Positions 1 to 9,372 of a stretch of DNA of 64,000 nucleotides are shown in pieces. Source of the DNA: Clostridia bacterium (GTDB taxonomy: Bacteria; Bacillota; Clostridia; Oscillospirales; CAG-272); assembly GCA_017447775.1 (NCBI GenBank), contig JAFSMU010000009.1, forward strand, positions 4,531 to 68,530, written 5' to 3'. The notes beneath the pieces were generated by a model. That model had not been told where the DNA came from. It searched no databases and worked only from the letters and a program-made list of their open reading frames with translations. Position numbers and translations under genes: made by a program. Every line of letters starts with the position of its first letter. Positions within the stretch are counted from its first letter, which is position 1.

Positions 1-199
1 TCTTTCTGTCTATCATTTCGCGCGCGTCATCGCACAGCTCGGCACGCGGGCGCGTTATGCGCTCCGCCTCCGATATCTCATCGCCGTACCCTGTAAGCGC
101 GGCAAATGGCGCAAACTGCGCCGCGCGGTCGTGCGGCGTCATTTTTCTGCGGAATGACTCGGGGCGCGGCATATCGAGTATATCGTCATATTTTCCCAT
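1..199 (-). CDS. YolD-like protein, partial (C-terminus lies beyond the window start)
   Basis: Minus-strand ATG at 199, 2 nt after the polymerase stop. Translation MGKYDDILDMPRPESFRRKMTPHDRAAQFAPFAALTGYGDE fits the YolD-like pattern usually found downstream of Y-family polymerases. Absent from the ORF track because it runs off the window edge. Confidence 0.55.
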   Translation of the reverse strand, partial: MGKYDDILDMPRPESFRRKMTPHDRAAQFAPFAALTGYGDEISEAERITRPRAELCDDAREMIDRK

Positions 200-201
200 A
201 T

Positions 202-1719
202 TCACGCCCTATGACCGCCTATCTGCCCGTTGCGCTCGCGCGCAGTCGCGCCTTCAAGGTAGTTCATACCTTTCAGTATGCAGTTTTTGCCGAATTTTCG
301 CTTTATTCCTATCAGCGCCGTCTGAAGCTTTCTTTCTCGTGCGCGTGCGCGGCTTTCGGCGCGCTCTTTTGCTTCAAGCTCCGCCGCGTTTGTAAATATG
401 TCAAGCTGTTCGTACATCTGTGATCTCGGCGCGTCGCCTTCCCTTGCGATATGATTTGCAACGACATACATCCGCCTGACAGTGAGGTTTTTATCTACTA
501 TCCTGTCGTACAGTTCCATTGTTTTTTCGATTATCGTGCGCGTTGACGACGTGAGCGAACCGAGGTTCACCGTGCCGTGCGCTTCCTTCGGAACGGCGCG
601 GCCGTATCTGTCCGTCTTTATTACGCCGCCGTAAGAGGCGGATACGCACCCCGTATCGTAGCCGACGGTAAGCACTATCTGATCTGTGACGAGCCGCCGC
701 TCCACAAGATCGAGCGTCAGCGCGTCCGTCATTTCTCTGACAATAAGCCGCCCCTTTTCAAAGCTGTACGGGCAAGACAGCACCTGCCCCGAGCTTATGC
801 TGTTTGACGACGGCTTGTAAGCCTTTATGTCGGCGATGGTGCAGCTTTCATATCCCCACGCGTGATCTATCAGAAGCTCCGCGTTCACGCCAAACGTCTT
901 ATACAGTTTTTCCTCGTTGTGATATGCTCCTCGGCCGCCCGTCGAGCATCGCGCAACGTCGCCCATTGTGTACAGGCCGAGCTTTTCCAGCCGCTCCGCA
1001 TATCCCGCGCCGACGCGCCAGAAGTCCGTTATGGGACGGTGATCCCACAGCGTTTCTCGGTATGAATATTCGTCAAGCTCCGCTATCCTCACGCCGTCCT
1101 TGTCGGCGGGCATACGCTTTGCGACGATGTCCATGGCCACCTTGCACAGATACAGATTTGTCCCGATCCCCGCCGTCGCCGTAATGCCTGTCTTGCCGAG
1201 CACGTCCCGTATCATCCTCATCGCAAATTCGTGCGCGTCAACGCCGTCCGCGCGAAGATAACGCGCAGCGTCAATAAACACCTCATCGACGGAATAAACG
1301 TGCATATCCTCCGGGGAAACGTAGTTCATATATATCTTGAATATCTCCGTGCTTACCTGCATATACCGCGCCATCTGCGGACGCGCTATTATAAAGTCGA
1401 GTTCAAGCGACGGATCTTTTTCAAGCACTGCGGCGTCGCTCGATTTTCCGCTGAATCTGCGGTTCGGCGCTTTTGCGCGGCGATCTGAATTTACCTGCTT
1501 TACGCGCTGTATGACCTCAAAAAGCCTTGCCCGCCCCGGTATTCCGTACGCTTTCAGCGACGGCGACACCGCAAGGCATATCGTCTTATCTGTGCGCGAC
1601 GCGTCTGCGACGACGAGATTTGTCGACAGCGGATCAAGCCCGCGATCAACACATTCAACCGACGCGTAAAACGATTTCAAGTCTATCGCTATATATCTGT
1701 AATCACTTGACTGCATCAT
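202..1719 (-). CDS. Y-family (DinB/UmuC/ImpB-type) translesion DNA polymerase
   Basis: ORF 202..1809. Contains YIAIDLKSFYASVECV and SVDEVFID palm motifs. Start moved to the ATG-ATG at 1719, which has an AGGGTGA Shine-Dalgarno (SD) just upstream. Confidence 0.9.
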   Translation of the reverse strand: MMQSSDYRYIAIDLKSFYASVECVDRGLDPLSTNLVVADASRTDKTICLAVSPSLKAYGIPGRARLFEVIQRVKQVNSDRRAKAPNRRFSGKSSDAAVLEKDPSLELDFIIARPQMARYMQVSTEIFKIYMNYVSPEDMHVYSVDEVFIDAARYLRADGVDAHEFAMRMIRDVLGKTGITATAGIGTNLYLCKVAMDIVAKRMPADKDGVRIAELDEYSYRETLWDHRPITDFWRVGAGYAERLEKLGLYTMGDVARCSTGGRGAYHNEEKLYKTFGVNAELLIDHAWGYESCTIADIKAYKPSSNSISSGQVLSCPYSFEKGRLIVREMTDALTLDLVERRLVTDQIVLTVGYDTGCVSASYGGVIKTDRYGRAVPKEAHGTVNLGSLTSSTRTIIEKTMELYDRIVDKNLTVRRMYVVANHIAREGDAPRSQMYEQLDIFTNAAELEAKERAESRARARERKLQTALIGIKRKFGKNCILKGMNYLEGATARERNGQIGGHRA

Positions 1720-1753
1720 ATCACCCTTATGCGAACATTTGTTTTCCATATCT

Positions 1754-1782
1754 ATTATATCAAACTTGTGTTCGTATGTCAA
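1754..1782 (-). promoter_or_regulatory. Consensus sigma-A promoter TTGACA-17-TATAAT with a LexA (Cheo-type) box in the spacer
   Basis: Read on the minus strand: -35 TTGACA (1777-1782), 17-nt spacer, -10 TATAAT (1754-1759). The spacer contains CGAACACAAGTTTG (1761-1774), one mismatch from CGAAC-N4-GTTCG. A weaker box, CGAACATTTGTTTT, lies at 1732-1745. Confidence 0.6.
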
Positions 1783-1847
1783 GTGTATTTCGGGCGAAAA
1801 AACGAACAAATTTTTGCCATTTTCAAAAAAAGAGCCGCAAAAACAGC

Positions 1848-1878
1848 AACAAAAAAGGCAAGCTGTGCTTGCCCTTTG
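1848..1878 (-). terminator. Rho-independent terminator after plsX
   Basis: Stem GGCAAGC/GCTTGCC (1857-1863 / 1867-1873), followed on the minus strand by a T-rich run. Confidence 0.6.
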
Positions 1879-1881
1879 TTT

Positions 1882-2850
1882 TTATTTATCCATATATCCG
1901 CCGCGGATAATGTCCGCCGCGTGCGAAATGACGAGCGGAGTTGCCGTTTCGTCGGAGTTGCCGTGCGCTTTGACGACGAGCTTTTTCAGTCCCAGAAGCA
2001 CCGCGCCGCACATTGAAGCCGCCGAGATGAACTTCACAAAATCTCCCATCGCCGCTTTAAGGAACGAAAGATCGGTTCCCTCGGGCGCGCGTTTCATCAT
2101 CATTGACGCTATAAGGTGCGCCGCATAAGAGCAGGTGCCCTCGATGCCTTTTACAAGCACGTTGCCGGCAAAGCCGTCGGTGACGATGACGTCGCACTTT
2201 CCCGAAAATACGTCTTTGCCCTCGATGTTGCCGATGAAGTTCAGCCCGCTCTCGCGGAGCATCGGGAAAGCCGCCTTTGTCTGAGCGTTGCCCTTTTCAT
2301 CCTCGGCGCCGACAGACAAAAGTCCGACGCTGGGATTTTCAACACCGTAAAGGCTCTTTATGTATTTTGCGCCGTAGTGAGCAAATTCAACGAGGTTTTC
2401 GGGCTTTGCGTCGACGTTTGCGCCGCAGTCGACAAGGCACGAGCGCTTGCCGTTTTCGCACGGGATAAGCGTTGTAAGTCCCGGGCGCTCTATATCGTCA
2501 AACGTGCCGAGCATAAGTATTCCGCCGACAAGCACGGCACCCGTGCTTCCCGCGCTGACAAGCGCGTCGGCGCCGCCCTCGCGCAGAATACGGAGCGCGC
2601 GCATAAGCGACGAATCGCGTTTGTGGCGTATCGCGTCGACGGGCGCGTCGTTATTTGTTATGATCTCCGTTGCGTTGACGATCTCAAGGCGGGAGCGGTC
2701 AAATTCCTCGCTTTCAAGAGCGGAGCGTATCTTCTGCTCGTCGCCCACCGCAACAACGGTAACGTCTGTGTTCTGGCGGATCGCTTCTCCGATGCCGCGT
2801 ATCCATTTTTCCGGAAAATCGCATCCGAAGCAGTCAACAAGAATACGCAT
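1882..2850 (-). CDS. plsX: Phosphate acyltransferase PlsX
   Basis: 322 aa. Full-length PlsX-like sequence (SAGSTGA, VDCGAN, TDGFAGNV motifs), located next to acpP. Confidence 0.93.
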   Translation of the reverse strand: MRILVDCFGCDFPEKWIRGIGEAIRQNTDVTVVAVGDEQKIRSALESEEFDRSRLEIVNATEIITNNDAPVDAIRHKRDSSLMRALRILREGGADALVSAGSTGAVLVGGILMLGTFDDIERPGLTTLIPCENGKRSCLVDCGANVDAKPENLVEFAHYGAKYIKSLYGVENPSVGLLSVGAEDEKGNAQTKAAFPMLRESGLNFIGNIEGKDVFSGKCDVIVTDGFAGNVLVKGIEGTCSYAAHLIASMMMKRAPEGTDLSFLKAAMGDFVKFISAASMCGAVLLGLKKLVVKAHGNSDETATPLVISHAADIIRGGYMDK

Positions 2851-3077
2851 TATTTTTCCTCGCTTTCAAGGTAGTTTACAACGTCGCCGACCGTTACGAT
2901 CTTGGAAAGTACCTCATCCGGTATGACGATGCCGTAGTTTTCTTCAAGCGCCATAAGAATCTGAAGCGTGTCGAGCGAGTCTGCTCCGAGGTCGTCTTTG
3001 ATGCGCGATGAAAGAGTTACCTCGACGTCTTTCAGTTTGAGCTGCTTTATAAGAAGCTCCTTTACCTGTTCAAACAT
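2850..3077 (-). CDS. acpP: Acyl carrier protein
   Basis: Contains LGADSLDTLQILMALEE, the phosphopantetheine DSL motif. Start set at MFEQVKEL (3077), giving about 75 aa. Confidence 0.9.
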   Translation of the reverse strand: MFEQVKELLIKQLKLKDVEVTLSSRIKDDLGADSLDTLQILMALEENYGIVIPDEVLSKIVTVGDVVNYLESEEK

Positions 3078-4215
3078 TTTCGTCTTCCTTCCTTTCAATA
3101 ACTTTTACATACGAGCGACGGCGTTTGTGCTCGACCGATTCAAATCTCTTCCACATATTTCTGACGGCGTGGTTTGTTTCAAGGTTCAGGTTCGTTTCGG
3201 CGTATTCATAATCGCCGCGCACAAGCATCTCCGCAAGCTTTTCCACGACTATCGCCGCAACGCCGCGGTTGAGATATTCGGGAGCGACGGCGACAAGGCC
3301 GAGGTCTATCGTTTTCGGATGCTTTATCGCTTTGAGCAGGCGGATAAGCGCCGCCGGCGTGAGCTTTCCCTTTGATTTCTGAAGCGCCCGCGCTATCGAC
3401 GGAAAGCACAGACCAAAACATACAACGCGGCCGTTTTCGTCAAGCAGAACGGTGATGTTGTTGAGGTCTATTATAAGCATAAAGTTGTCGATGAGCATCT
3501 TCTTCATGCCGTCGGTAAACGGAACGGTGCCGTAAAGACCTTCGTATGCCGTATCGAGCAGATCAAAGAATCCGTCTTTGTATTTATCGAGGAACTCGCG
3601 CTTCGTTTTCGCGGTGCCGCAGGTCAGCTTATAGCGCTTCATAATGAAGTCGCTCATTTTTTTCAGCTCTTCGTCGACCTGCTTCGGCGGGTAAATCCTG
3701 CTTTCCACCCAGTCGACCTCTTTTGCGTACCCGCATTTTTCGATAAGCGCGCCGTAGTAGTCGGCGTTGTACTGCTCTTCAAACGTCGCAAGCTCGTCAA
3801 AGCCCTCGACCAAAAGTCCCTCGCGTTCAAGATCGGAAAAGCCTAGCGGGCCGCAGATAGTGTCCATGCCTTTGTCGAGCGCCCACTTTTCAAGCGCGCA
3901 GAACAGCGCCTTTGCGACGTCCTCGTCGTTTATCGCGTCAAATCTGGTGAAGCGGACGCGGCGCTCGCCGTGCTTTTCGTTGCTCGCTTTTTGCAAAATG
4001 CCCGAAATACGCCCGACCATTTTGCCGCTTTCGTCGTATGCGTTGAAGTAGACCGCCTCGCAGGTGTCGTAATATATGTAATCGGGGCGGAAGATCTTTT
4101 TCTCGTCGCCGTAAAGCGGCGGAACGAAATTATCGTTGTCTTTATACAGTTCAAGCGGAAAATCAAGAAATTGCTTCTGCTGTTTTTTTGTTTTAACTTC
4201 GACTACGTTTATCAC
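3070..4215 (-). CDS. GNAT-family N-acetyltransferase-like protein (381 aa), substrate unknown
   Basis: Clean 381-aa ORF. GNAT motif-A-like segment VAVAPEYLNRGVAAIVVEKLAE near the C-terminus. Confidence 0.6.
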   Translation of the reverse strand: MINVVEVKTKKQQKQFLDFPLELYKDNDNFVPPLYGDEKKIFRPDYIYYDTCEAVYFNAYDESGKMVGRISGILQKASNEKHGERRVRFTRFDAINDEDVAKALFCALEKWALDKGMDTICGPLGFSDLEREGLLVEGFDELATFEEQYNADYYGALIEKCGYAKEVDWVESRIYPPKQVDEELKKMSDFIMKRYKLTCGTAKTKREFLDKYKDGFFDLLDTAYEGLYGTVPFTDGMKKMLIDNFMLIIDLNNITVLLDENGRVVCFGLCFPSIARALQKSKGKLTPAALIRLLKAIKHPKTIDLGLVAVAPEYLNRGVAAIVVEKLAEMLVRGDYEYAETNLNLETNHAVRNMWKRFESVEHKRRRSYVKVIERKEDENV

Positions 4216-4225
4216 GATGCTCTCC

Positions 4226-5095
4226 TTATCTGTGTATTGAATGGAAGGAAATGCCCGTGGCGTTAGGTCCGCAGTGGCTGCCGATGGTGGGGTTGACCTC
4301 TACCATCTGAACGTCAAGATTTTCGCCGAAGCGCTCTTTGATGCGCGCAATTATCATATTCGATACGTCGGGCATATCGGCGTCCGCAACAAGTATGCGG
4401 TGAGAGCCGATATCGTCGCCGAGCTGCTCTACGTAATCGAGGATCTTCTCTATCGCTTTCGATCTGCCCTTTTCCTTGCCGATGTTGACCATCTTGCCCT
4501 CGGCGTTGACATGGATAATCGGGCGGATGCCGAGCAGCGTTCCCATCGTTCCCGCAAGACCGGAAACGCGGCCGCTGTGCTTGAAGAATTTAAGATCGTC
4601 GGCAAAGAAGTAAACCGCGAAGTGATCGACTTCCTCCTCAGCCCATTTCATTACTTCATCAACGCTCTTGCCGGCCTTAATCATATCGCCGACTTCAAGG
4701 ACGATGTTGAGCGCGAGGATCGATATTCCCTTCGTGTCTATTTCATAGAATTTACGCTCGGGGTATTTTTTGAGAAGCTCGTCAACGGCGGAGTGCATCG
4801 CGTCAAATGACGCGGACATTGCCGATGAAAAGTGAACGTAAAGGATATCGTCGCCATTGATGAAATACGGCTCGAAATATCCAACGTATGCGTCGGCGTT
4901 CAGCGCGCTTGTGTTCGGTATCTTTCCGGAGCGGAGCATATCGTAGAAGGCGTGCGAATCGAACTCGTCAAAATCGACGTAGGGCTTTATTTCCTTTCCG
5001 TCGACGCTGTACGGCATGCTGATAAGCTTATAGCCGTATTCTTCCGCCATTTTCGGCGTCATGTCGGTATCTGTGTCCGTGAACAAAATAAGCAT
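4226..5095 (-). CDS. DegV-family fatty-acid-binding protein
   Basis: Full-length DegV pattern (LFTDTDTDM, PNTSALN, GIRPIIHVN, IGSHCGPNATG). Start set at MLILF. Confidence 0.9.
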   Translation of the reverse strand: MLILFTDTDTDMTPKMAEEYGYKLISMPYSVDGKEIKPYVDFDEFDSHAFYDMLRSGKIPNTSALNADAYVGYFEPYFINGDDILYVHFSSAMSASFDAMHSAVDELLKKYPERKFYEIDTKGISILALNIVLEVGDMIKAGKSVDEVMKWAEEEVDHFAVYFFADDLKFFKHSGRVSGLAGTMGTLLGIRPIIHVNAEGKMVNIGKEKGRSKAIEKILDYVEQLGDDIGSHRILVADADMPDVSNMIIARIKERFGENLDVQMVEVNPTIGSHCGPNATGISFHSIHR

Positions 5096-5114
5096 AATCG
5101 TATCCTCCGTTTTA

Positions 5115-6761
5115 TTATTCAAGAATCATCATATAATCATAGATCGGCTGACCGCCGTCTATCATTATCACGTCAGCGAGCCTGTATTTCTGCGAAAGGC
5201 GGTTATATACGTCCGCGCTCTCGCTCTCGCTCGTATCTTTGCCGCAGATAACGAGGATGATGTCATAATTCCCCGCTCCCAGCTTTTCCGAAAGGTTTAC
5301 AAGCGCGTCGTTGCGCGTCTTTTCGTCGACGTATATCGTGTCGCCGGCAAAGCCGATGAAATCGTCCTTAATAACCGTGACGCCGTCCTTTTCGGTGTCG
5401 CGCGACGCGCGGCTGACGTGCGCCGTTACAACCGACGAGATGACCTCGCCAAGCTCCTCAACTATCTGATCGACGTCGCCAGACGACGTATCAAGCTGAG
5501 ATATCGCGGCGTATCCCTCGCCGATGCTCTTTGTGCCGATGACGCGAACATCAGCTTCGTCGTACATTTCAGCCGCCTGACGCGCCGTCATTATGATATT
5601 GCCGTTGTTCGGGAAAACGAGGATGGTGTCCGCGTTGATCTCGGAGAATGCCGAAAGGAACGCCTCTGCCGACGGGTTCATGCTCTGTCCGCCGTCAACA
5701 ACGGCGTCGCATCCGAGCGCGGAGAACGTATCTTTTATCCCGTCGCCCGCCGCGACGGTGACTATTCCGTAAGTCTTATGCGGCTTTGTCTTTTTGGGCG
5801 TGTATCTGTTTTCGATCGTCGTTTCGTTGTGCTGGACGGTCATATTTTCGATTTTGAGCGTTAAAAATTCGCCGTACTGCTGAACGTGGCTAAGCACGTC
5901 CCCGGGGTGCATCGTGTGAACGTGAACTTTTACGATGCTGCCGTCGCGGAAAGCGACGATCGAGTTGCCGACGCCGTCAAGGTACGAGATCAGCGCGTCC
6001 ATATCGAAAGACGAAATATCGGTTTTGGCGCTTTGCAGCTGAAGGATGAACTCCGTGCAGTAGCCGAGGTCGAAAACGCTGTTTTCGTCGAATTTTGAAA
6101 GGTCGGCTTTCTTGGCTTCCGACGACGAGTGGTGTTCGCCGCTGACCTCGATGCCGTCAAGTGCCATTTTCATACCCTCGAATATATAAAGCAGTCCCGC
6201 GCCGCCGCTGTCGACAACGCCTGATTCTTTCAGCACCGCCAAAAGCTCGGGAGTGCGGTCGAGGGACGCGCGCGTTTCGTCTATAAGGTCGCAAAAATAC
6301 GACTGGAACGTGCTGCCCGAAGAAACTTTTGAGTTTGCGTACTCGACAGCCTCGCGGTAAACGGTAAGTATCGTACCCTCGACAGGCACGGGAACGGCGC
6401 CGTAAGCCTCATCCTTTCCGGAAATAAGCGCCTGTCCGAACTTAGAAAGGTCGGCTGTGTCAACGCCGTCAAGTCCGCGGGAAATACCGGCGAAGATACG
6501 CGATAAAATAACGCCGGAGTTGCCGCGCGCGCCGAGAAGCATTCCCTTTGACGCAACGGCGGCGGTTTTGGAAAGCGTCGCCGCGTCGCCGACGGAATCG
6601 GCGCCTGAGCCTATCGTCATAAACATATTGTCGCCCGTGTCCCCGTCGGGAATCGGGAAAACGTTAAGGTCGTTAACTATCTCACGATTCTTTGAAAGGT
6701 TTTCGGCGCCTGCTTTGATCATTTTCGCATACATAGCGCCGTCAAGAATTATCGTTTCCAT
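5115..6761 (-). CDS. yloV: DAK2 (DhaL-like) domain fusion protein, YloV family
   Basis: Contains PIPDGDTGDNM and GARGNSG DhaL motifs plus the YloV C-terminal domain. Start set at METIILDG (6761). Confidence 0.88.
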   Translation of the reverse strand: METIILDGAMYAKMIKAGAENLSKNREIVNDLNVFPIPDGDTGDNMFMTIGSGADSVGDAATLSKTAAVASKGMLLGARGNSGVILSRIFAGISRGLDGVDTADLSKFGQALISGKDEAYGAVPVPVEGTILTVYREAVEYANSKVSSGSTFQSYFCDLIDETRASLDRTPELLAVLKESGVVDSGGAGLLYIFEGMKMALDGIEVSGEHHSSSEAKKADLSKFDENSVFDLGYCTEFILQLQSAKTDISSFDMDALISYLDGVGNSIVAFRDGSIVKVHVHTMHPGDVLSHVQQYGEFLTLKIENMTVQHNETTIENRYTPKKTKPHKTYGIVTVAAGDGIKDTFSALGCDAVVDGGQSMNPSAEAFLSAFSEINADTILVFPNNGNIIMTARQAAEMYDEADVRVIGTKSIGEGYAAISQLDTSSGDVDQIVEELGEVISSVVTAHVSRASRDTEKDGVTVIKDDFIGFAGDTIYVDEKTRNDALVNLSEKLGAGNYDIILVICGKDTSESESADVYNRLSQKYRLADVIMIDGGQPIYDYMMILE

Positions 6762-6954
6762 ATTTTTCCCCTGTGAAGTTATAATGAATTTAAACTGAAT
6801 TTGCATGGAATAAAAACACATCGATATTTTATCACACATTTCGACAAAATGCAAGGTAAAATACGAAATATTTATATTACTTATATATAACGCGCCGAAA
6901 AGGCAAAACGGGACGCCTTGGCGCGTCGGTTTTCTTTCGCTCGGACAAAGCGCG

Positions 6955-6990
6955 AAAAAGCCCCCTCTGCCGTAGCGGAGCGGGACTTTT
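6955..6990 (-). terminator. Probable terminator after the 564-aa gene
   Basis: Imperfect GC hairpin (CCCCCTCTGC/GCGGAGCGGG, 2 mismatches) followed on the minus strand by TTTTT. Confidence 0.4.
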
Positions 6991-6995
6991 CATGA

Positions 6996-8690
6996 TCATT
7001 CTATTGTTTTCAGTTTTTCTTCCGCCGCGTCGAAGAAGCGCCTGTCCGCCTGTCCGCGCTCGCAGAGTATTTCCCAAATTGCGTAGATCGCGGCGTTCCA
7101 GCCCTGATTCTGCTTTACGCCGTTGCCTTTGATGGTGTGCATATATTCGTGAGTCGTGCCGTCGAAATCGAGGTCGACGAAAAGGCGCCAGATCATATTG
7201 TCGAGCGCGCCGTCTGCTCCGTGAACGTATGCGGCGATATGGAACAGCATTTCGTAAATATGATACGAGCCGCCGTTTGCGTATCTGCCGAGGTCAAGAT
7301 GCGCCATTTCGGGATGAACTTTACCGTACGCGCCGAAAGCTTCCATGGGCAGATATTCGCCGTCGGGCGCTGCAACGATCTTTGTACCGTACGGAGTTTT
7401 TGCTTTGCTGTTCATAATGTGCGAGTACGTTGCTCTCACCTGCTCGTCGGGGATGAACGTTTCTCCGAAAAGCACGAAATGCAAAAGATCGCCTATCGAA
7501 TAGTCGAGCGCGAGGTACGGCTTTTTGACGCTGAGCGGCACAAATTCGCCGTTGAACATAGATTTATAGAAAGCTATGGCTTTTTCGTATCTGTCGCCGA
7601 TATCGTAGCCCATTTCGCGCGCGGCGCGCAGAGCGCACACACTGAGTCCCTGCGAATAAGCGTCCGCGTCGTCGTCCTCAAAGCAGCAGATGTCGAACCA
7701 GTTGCGGTATGCGTGATTTTCGTCGCTGTCTGGGCAGTAGCGCCCGTCACCGACTTTTGAAAAGCACTCAAACATCTTATTCACGGCGATATCGCACATT
7801 TCTTTGAATATTTCCCCGCCCTTTGAGAAAACGCGGTAAGACCAGATTATAAAGAACAGCGGGTTTTCCGCTCCGCACACACCCTTTGCCTCGTGCGCAA
7901 GGTATGACTGGCGCTCGTCTTCGGGGGAAAGTATCCACGTCTGCCAGAACGAGTCGCGCTGATACTGACAGTTTGCGTACTGGATCCCTGGGACTATCCA
8001 TTTTTTGCTTGTGCCCGTTTCGTTTGTGCGCAGGTGCATATAGTTTGCGCCGAAGCACATCGCCCGATAGATCGAGCCTTTCCCCTCGCCCCACGTTTTT
8101 TCGATAGCCAGGAACGAATCTCGACGGATGCTCTTCATCGTTTTCGCGTCGGAGCGCACCCAAATGAAGCGGAAAACGTGTTCCTTTTCTGTCGCGTCGT
8201 GATAGTACGGCTTGTTTTCCGGCTCGTAGGTGTCCTCGCGCCATTTTTTGTAGTTGGGTGAGCCGCCGGCGTCGCCGGATGAAAGGTAAAACTCGCGCCG
8301 CTCGGGGATCATGTGCTGAGTTGTGTAGTTTTTGCAGTGCGAAGGCTCGTCGGAAATGAAAATATCCGTGCCGTCATCGCTTATCGCCGCCGCCATCGGA
8401 ACGGGCGAGCCGTCGATGGAAAAAAGATACGCCTTTGGGTTATGCGGGCTTTGACGGAAAAGATGCTCCTCGGTGCAAAAATCGTTGAAGGAGCAAAACT
8501 CAGCCTCCCCTTTTCCGTGAAGAGAAACGTAGCACTCGCCGCCGAGGGCGCTTACTGTATAGAGCGTGATTTTGTCGGAAACGACACGCTTATCAACGCC
8601 GACGGCAATACTTCCCGCGGTAAATTTACCCGCGTCAAGCGGAAGCTCGTACGTTTTTTCTCTTGTATGAACGGTAACGGAATATTTCAT
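6996..8690 (-). CDS. Hypothetical protein, possibly an (alpha/alpha)6-barrel glycosidase-like enzyme
   Basis: 564-aa clean ORF with no signal peptide. Aromatic- and Asp/Glu-rich C-terminal half. The fold assignment is a guess. Confidence 0.35.
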   Translation of the reverse strand: MKYSVTVHTREKTYELPLDAGKFTAGSIAVGVDKRVVSDKITLYTVSALGGECYVSLHGKGEAEFCSFNDFCTEEHLFRQSPHNPKAYLFSIDGSPVPMAAAISDDGTDIFISDEPSHCKNYTTQHMIPERREFYLSSGDAGGSPNYKKWREDTYEPENKPYYHDATEKEHVFRFIWVRSDAKTMKSIRRDSFLAIEKTWGEGKGSIYRAMCFGANYMHLRTNETGTSKKWIVPGIQYANCQYQRDSFWQTWILSPEDERQSYLAHEAKGVCGAENPLFFIIWSYRVFSKGGEIFKEMCDIAVNKMFECFSKVGDGRYCPDSDENHAYRNWFDICCFEDDDADAYSQGLSVCALRAAREMGYDIGDRYEKAIAFYKSMFNGEFVPLSVKKPYLALDYSIGDLLHFVLFGETFIPDEQVRATYSHIMNSKAKTPYGTKIVAAPDGEYLPMEAFGAYGKVHPEMAHLDLGRYANGGSYHIYEMLFHIAAYVHGADGALDNMIWRLFVDLDFDGTTHEYMHTIKGNGVKQNQGWNAAIYAIWEILCERGQADRRFFDAAEEKLKTIE

Positions 8691-8850
8691 ATTTTACCTC
8701 GCTGATATGTTTTTCGGTGAAATTATACCACCGCACGACGCTTTTGTCAATCTTGCGAAGTAACATTTTGCCGCTTTGCCGAATAAAATACTCACAGCGG
8801 GATGCCGCAAATAACACAAAGGAACAGCCGAATGATCGGCAGCACACGAT

Positions 8851-9105
8851 ATGAACAGAAATATTTACAATTCGGGGCTGAAAAATTCAGCCGCTCAACG
8901 CGCCTATGGCGGAGCGGGACGCACCGCGCCGGCGATGACGCAAAACGTCCGCGGGCGGCAGGTAAACGACGGCGGGCAGGTGCTTGCAATGGCATACGTA
9001 CCGAGCCAGCGGTTTGAAAATTTATACTCCCCCGCCGACGCGCTTTGGACAGGAACGCTGTTCGGCGATCTCAACAAGCCTTATTGTACAGGAGGCAGAC
9101 GATGA
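8851..9105 (+). CDS. cotJA: Spore coat-associated protein CotJA
   Basis: Contains LAMAYVPSQRFENLYSPADALWTGTLFGDLNKPY, the CotJA signature. Its stop overlaps the next start (ATGA). Confidence 0.8.
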   Translation: MNRNIYNSGLKNSAAQRAYGGAGRTAPAMTQNVRGRQVNDGGQVLAMAYVPSQRFENLYSPADALWTGTLFGDLNKPYCTGGRR

Positions 9106-9371
9106 CAGGCTCACAGGCAAATCAAAGAGATAGTTTATTTATGGAGCTGCGTCAGGTGAGCTTTGCGCTTGACGAACTGCGCCTTTTCCTCGACACGCAC
9201 CCGACGGACGCGTCGGCGCTCGCGCTTTTCGGTGAGTATCAGGCAAGAAGAAACGAAATACTTGCCGAGTACTCGCCCGTATTCGGGCCGGTTGAGTCAT
9301 ACGACGTAAATACAGACGGCGGCTGGGGCTGGATAAACGCTCCCATGCCGTGGGAAACGGAGGCAAACTGA
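9102..9371 (+). CDS. cotJB: Spore coat protein CotJB
   Basis: Contains LRQVSFALDELRLFLDTHP and a CotJB-like helical pattern. Start at MTGSQ (9102), coupled to cotJA. Confidence 0.82.
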   Translation: MTGSQANQRDSLFMELRQVSFALDELRLFLDTHPTDASALALFGEYQARRNEILAEYSPVFGPVESYDVNTDGGWGWINAPMPWETEAN

Positions 9372-9372
9372 T

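Noticed and set aside
6877-7077. A 66-aa ORF at 6877..7077, a 63-aa ORF at 54745..54936 and an 86-aa ORF at 54953..55213 in intergenic regions.
   Set aside because: They have no SD, biased or odd composition, and they overlap terminator/promoter regions or the 3' end of a real gene. They are most likely non-coding.
8700-8850. A sigma-E/sigma-K sporulation promoter upstream of cotJA.
   Set aside because: I could not find a convincing match to the sigma-E consensus (-35 ATATT-like, -10 CATACA-T) by eye. Only loose AT-rich similarities are present, so no promoter is reported.
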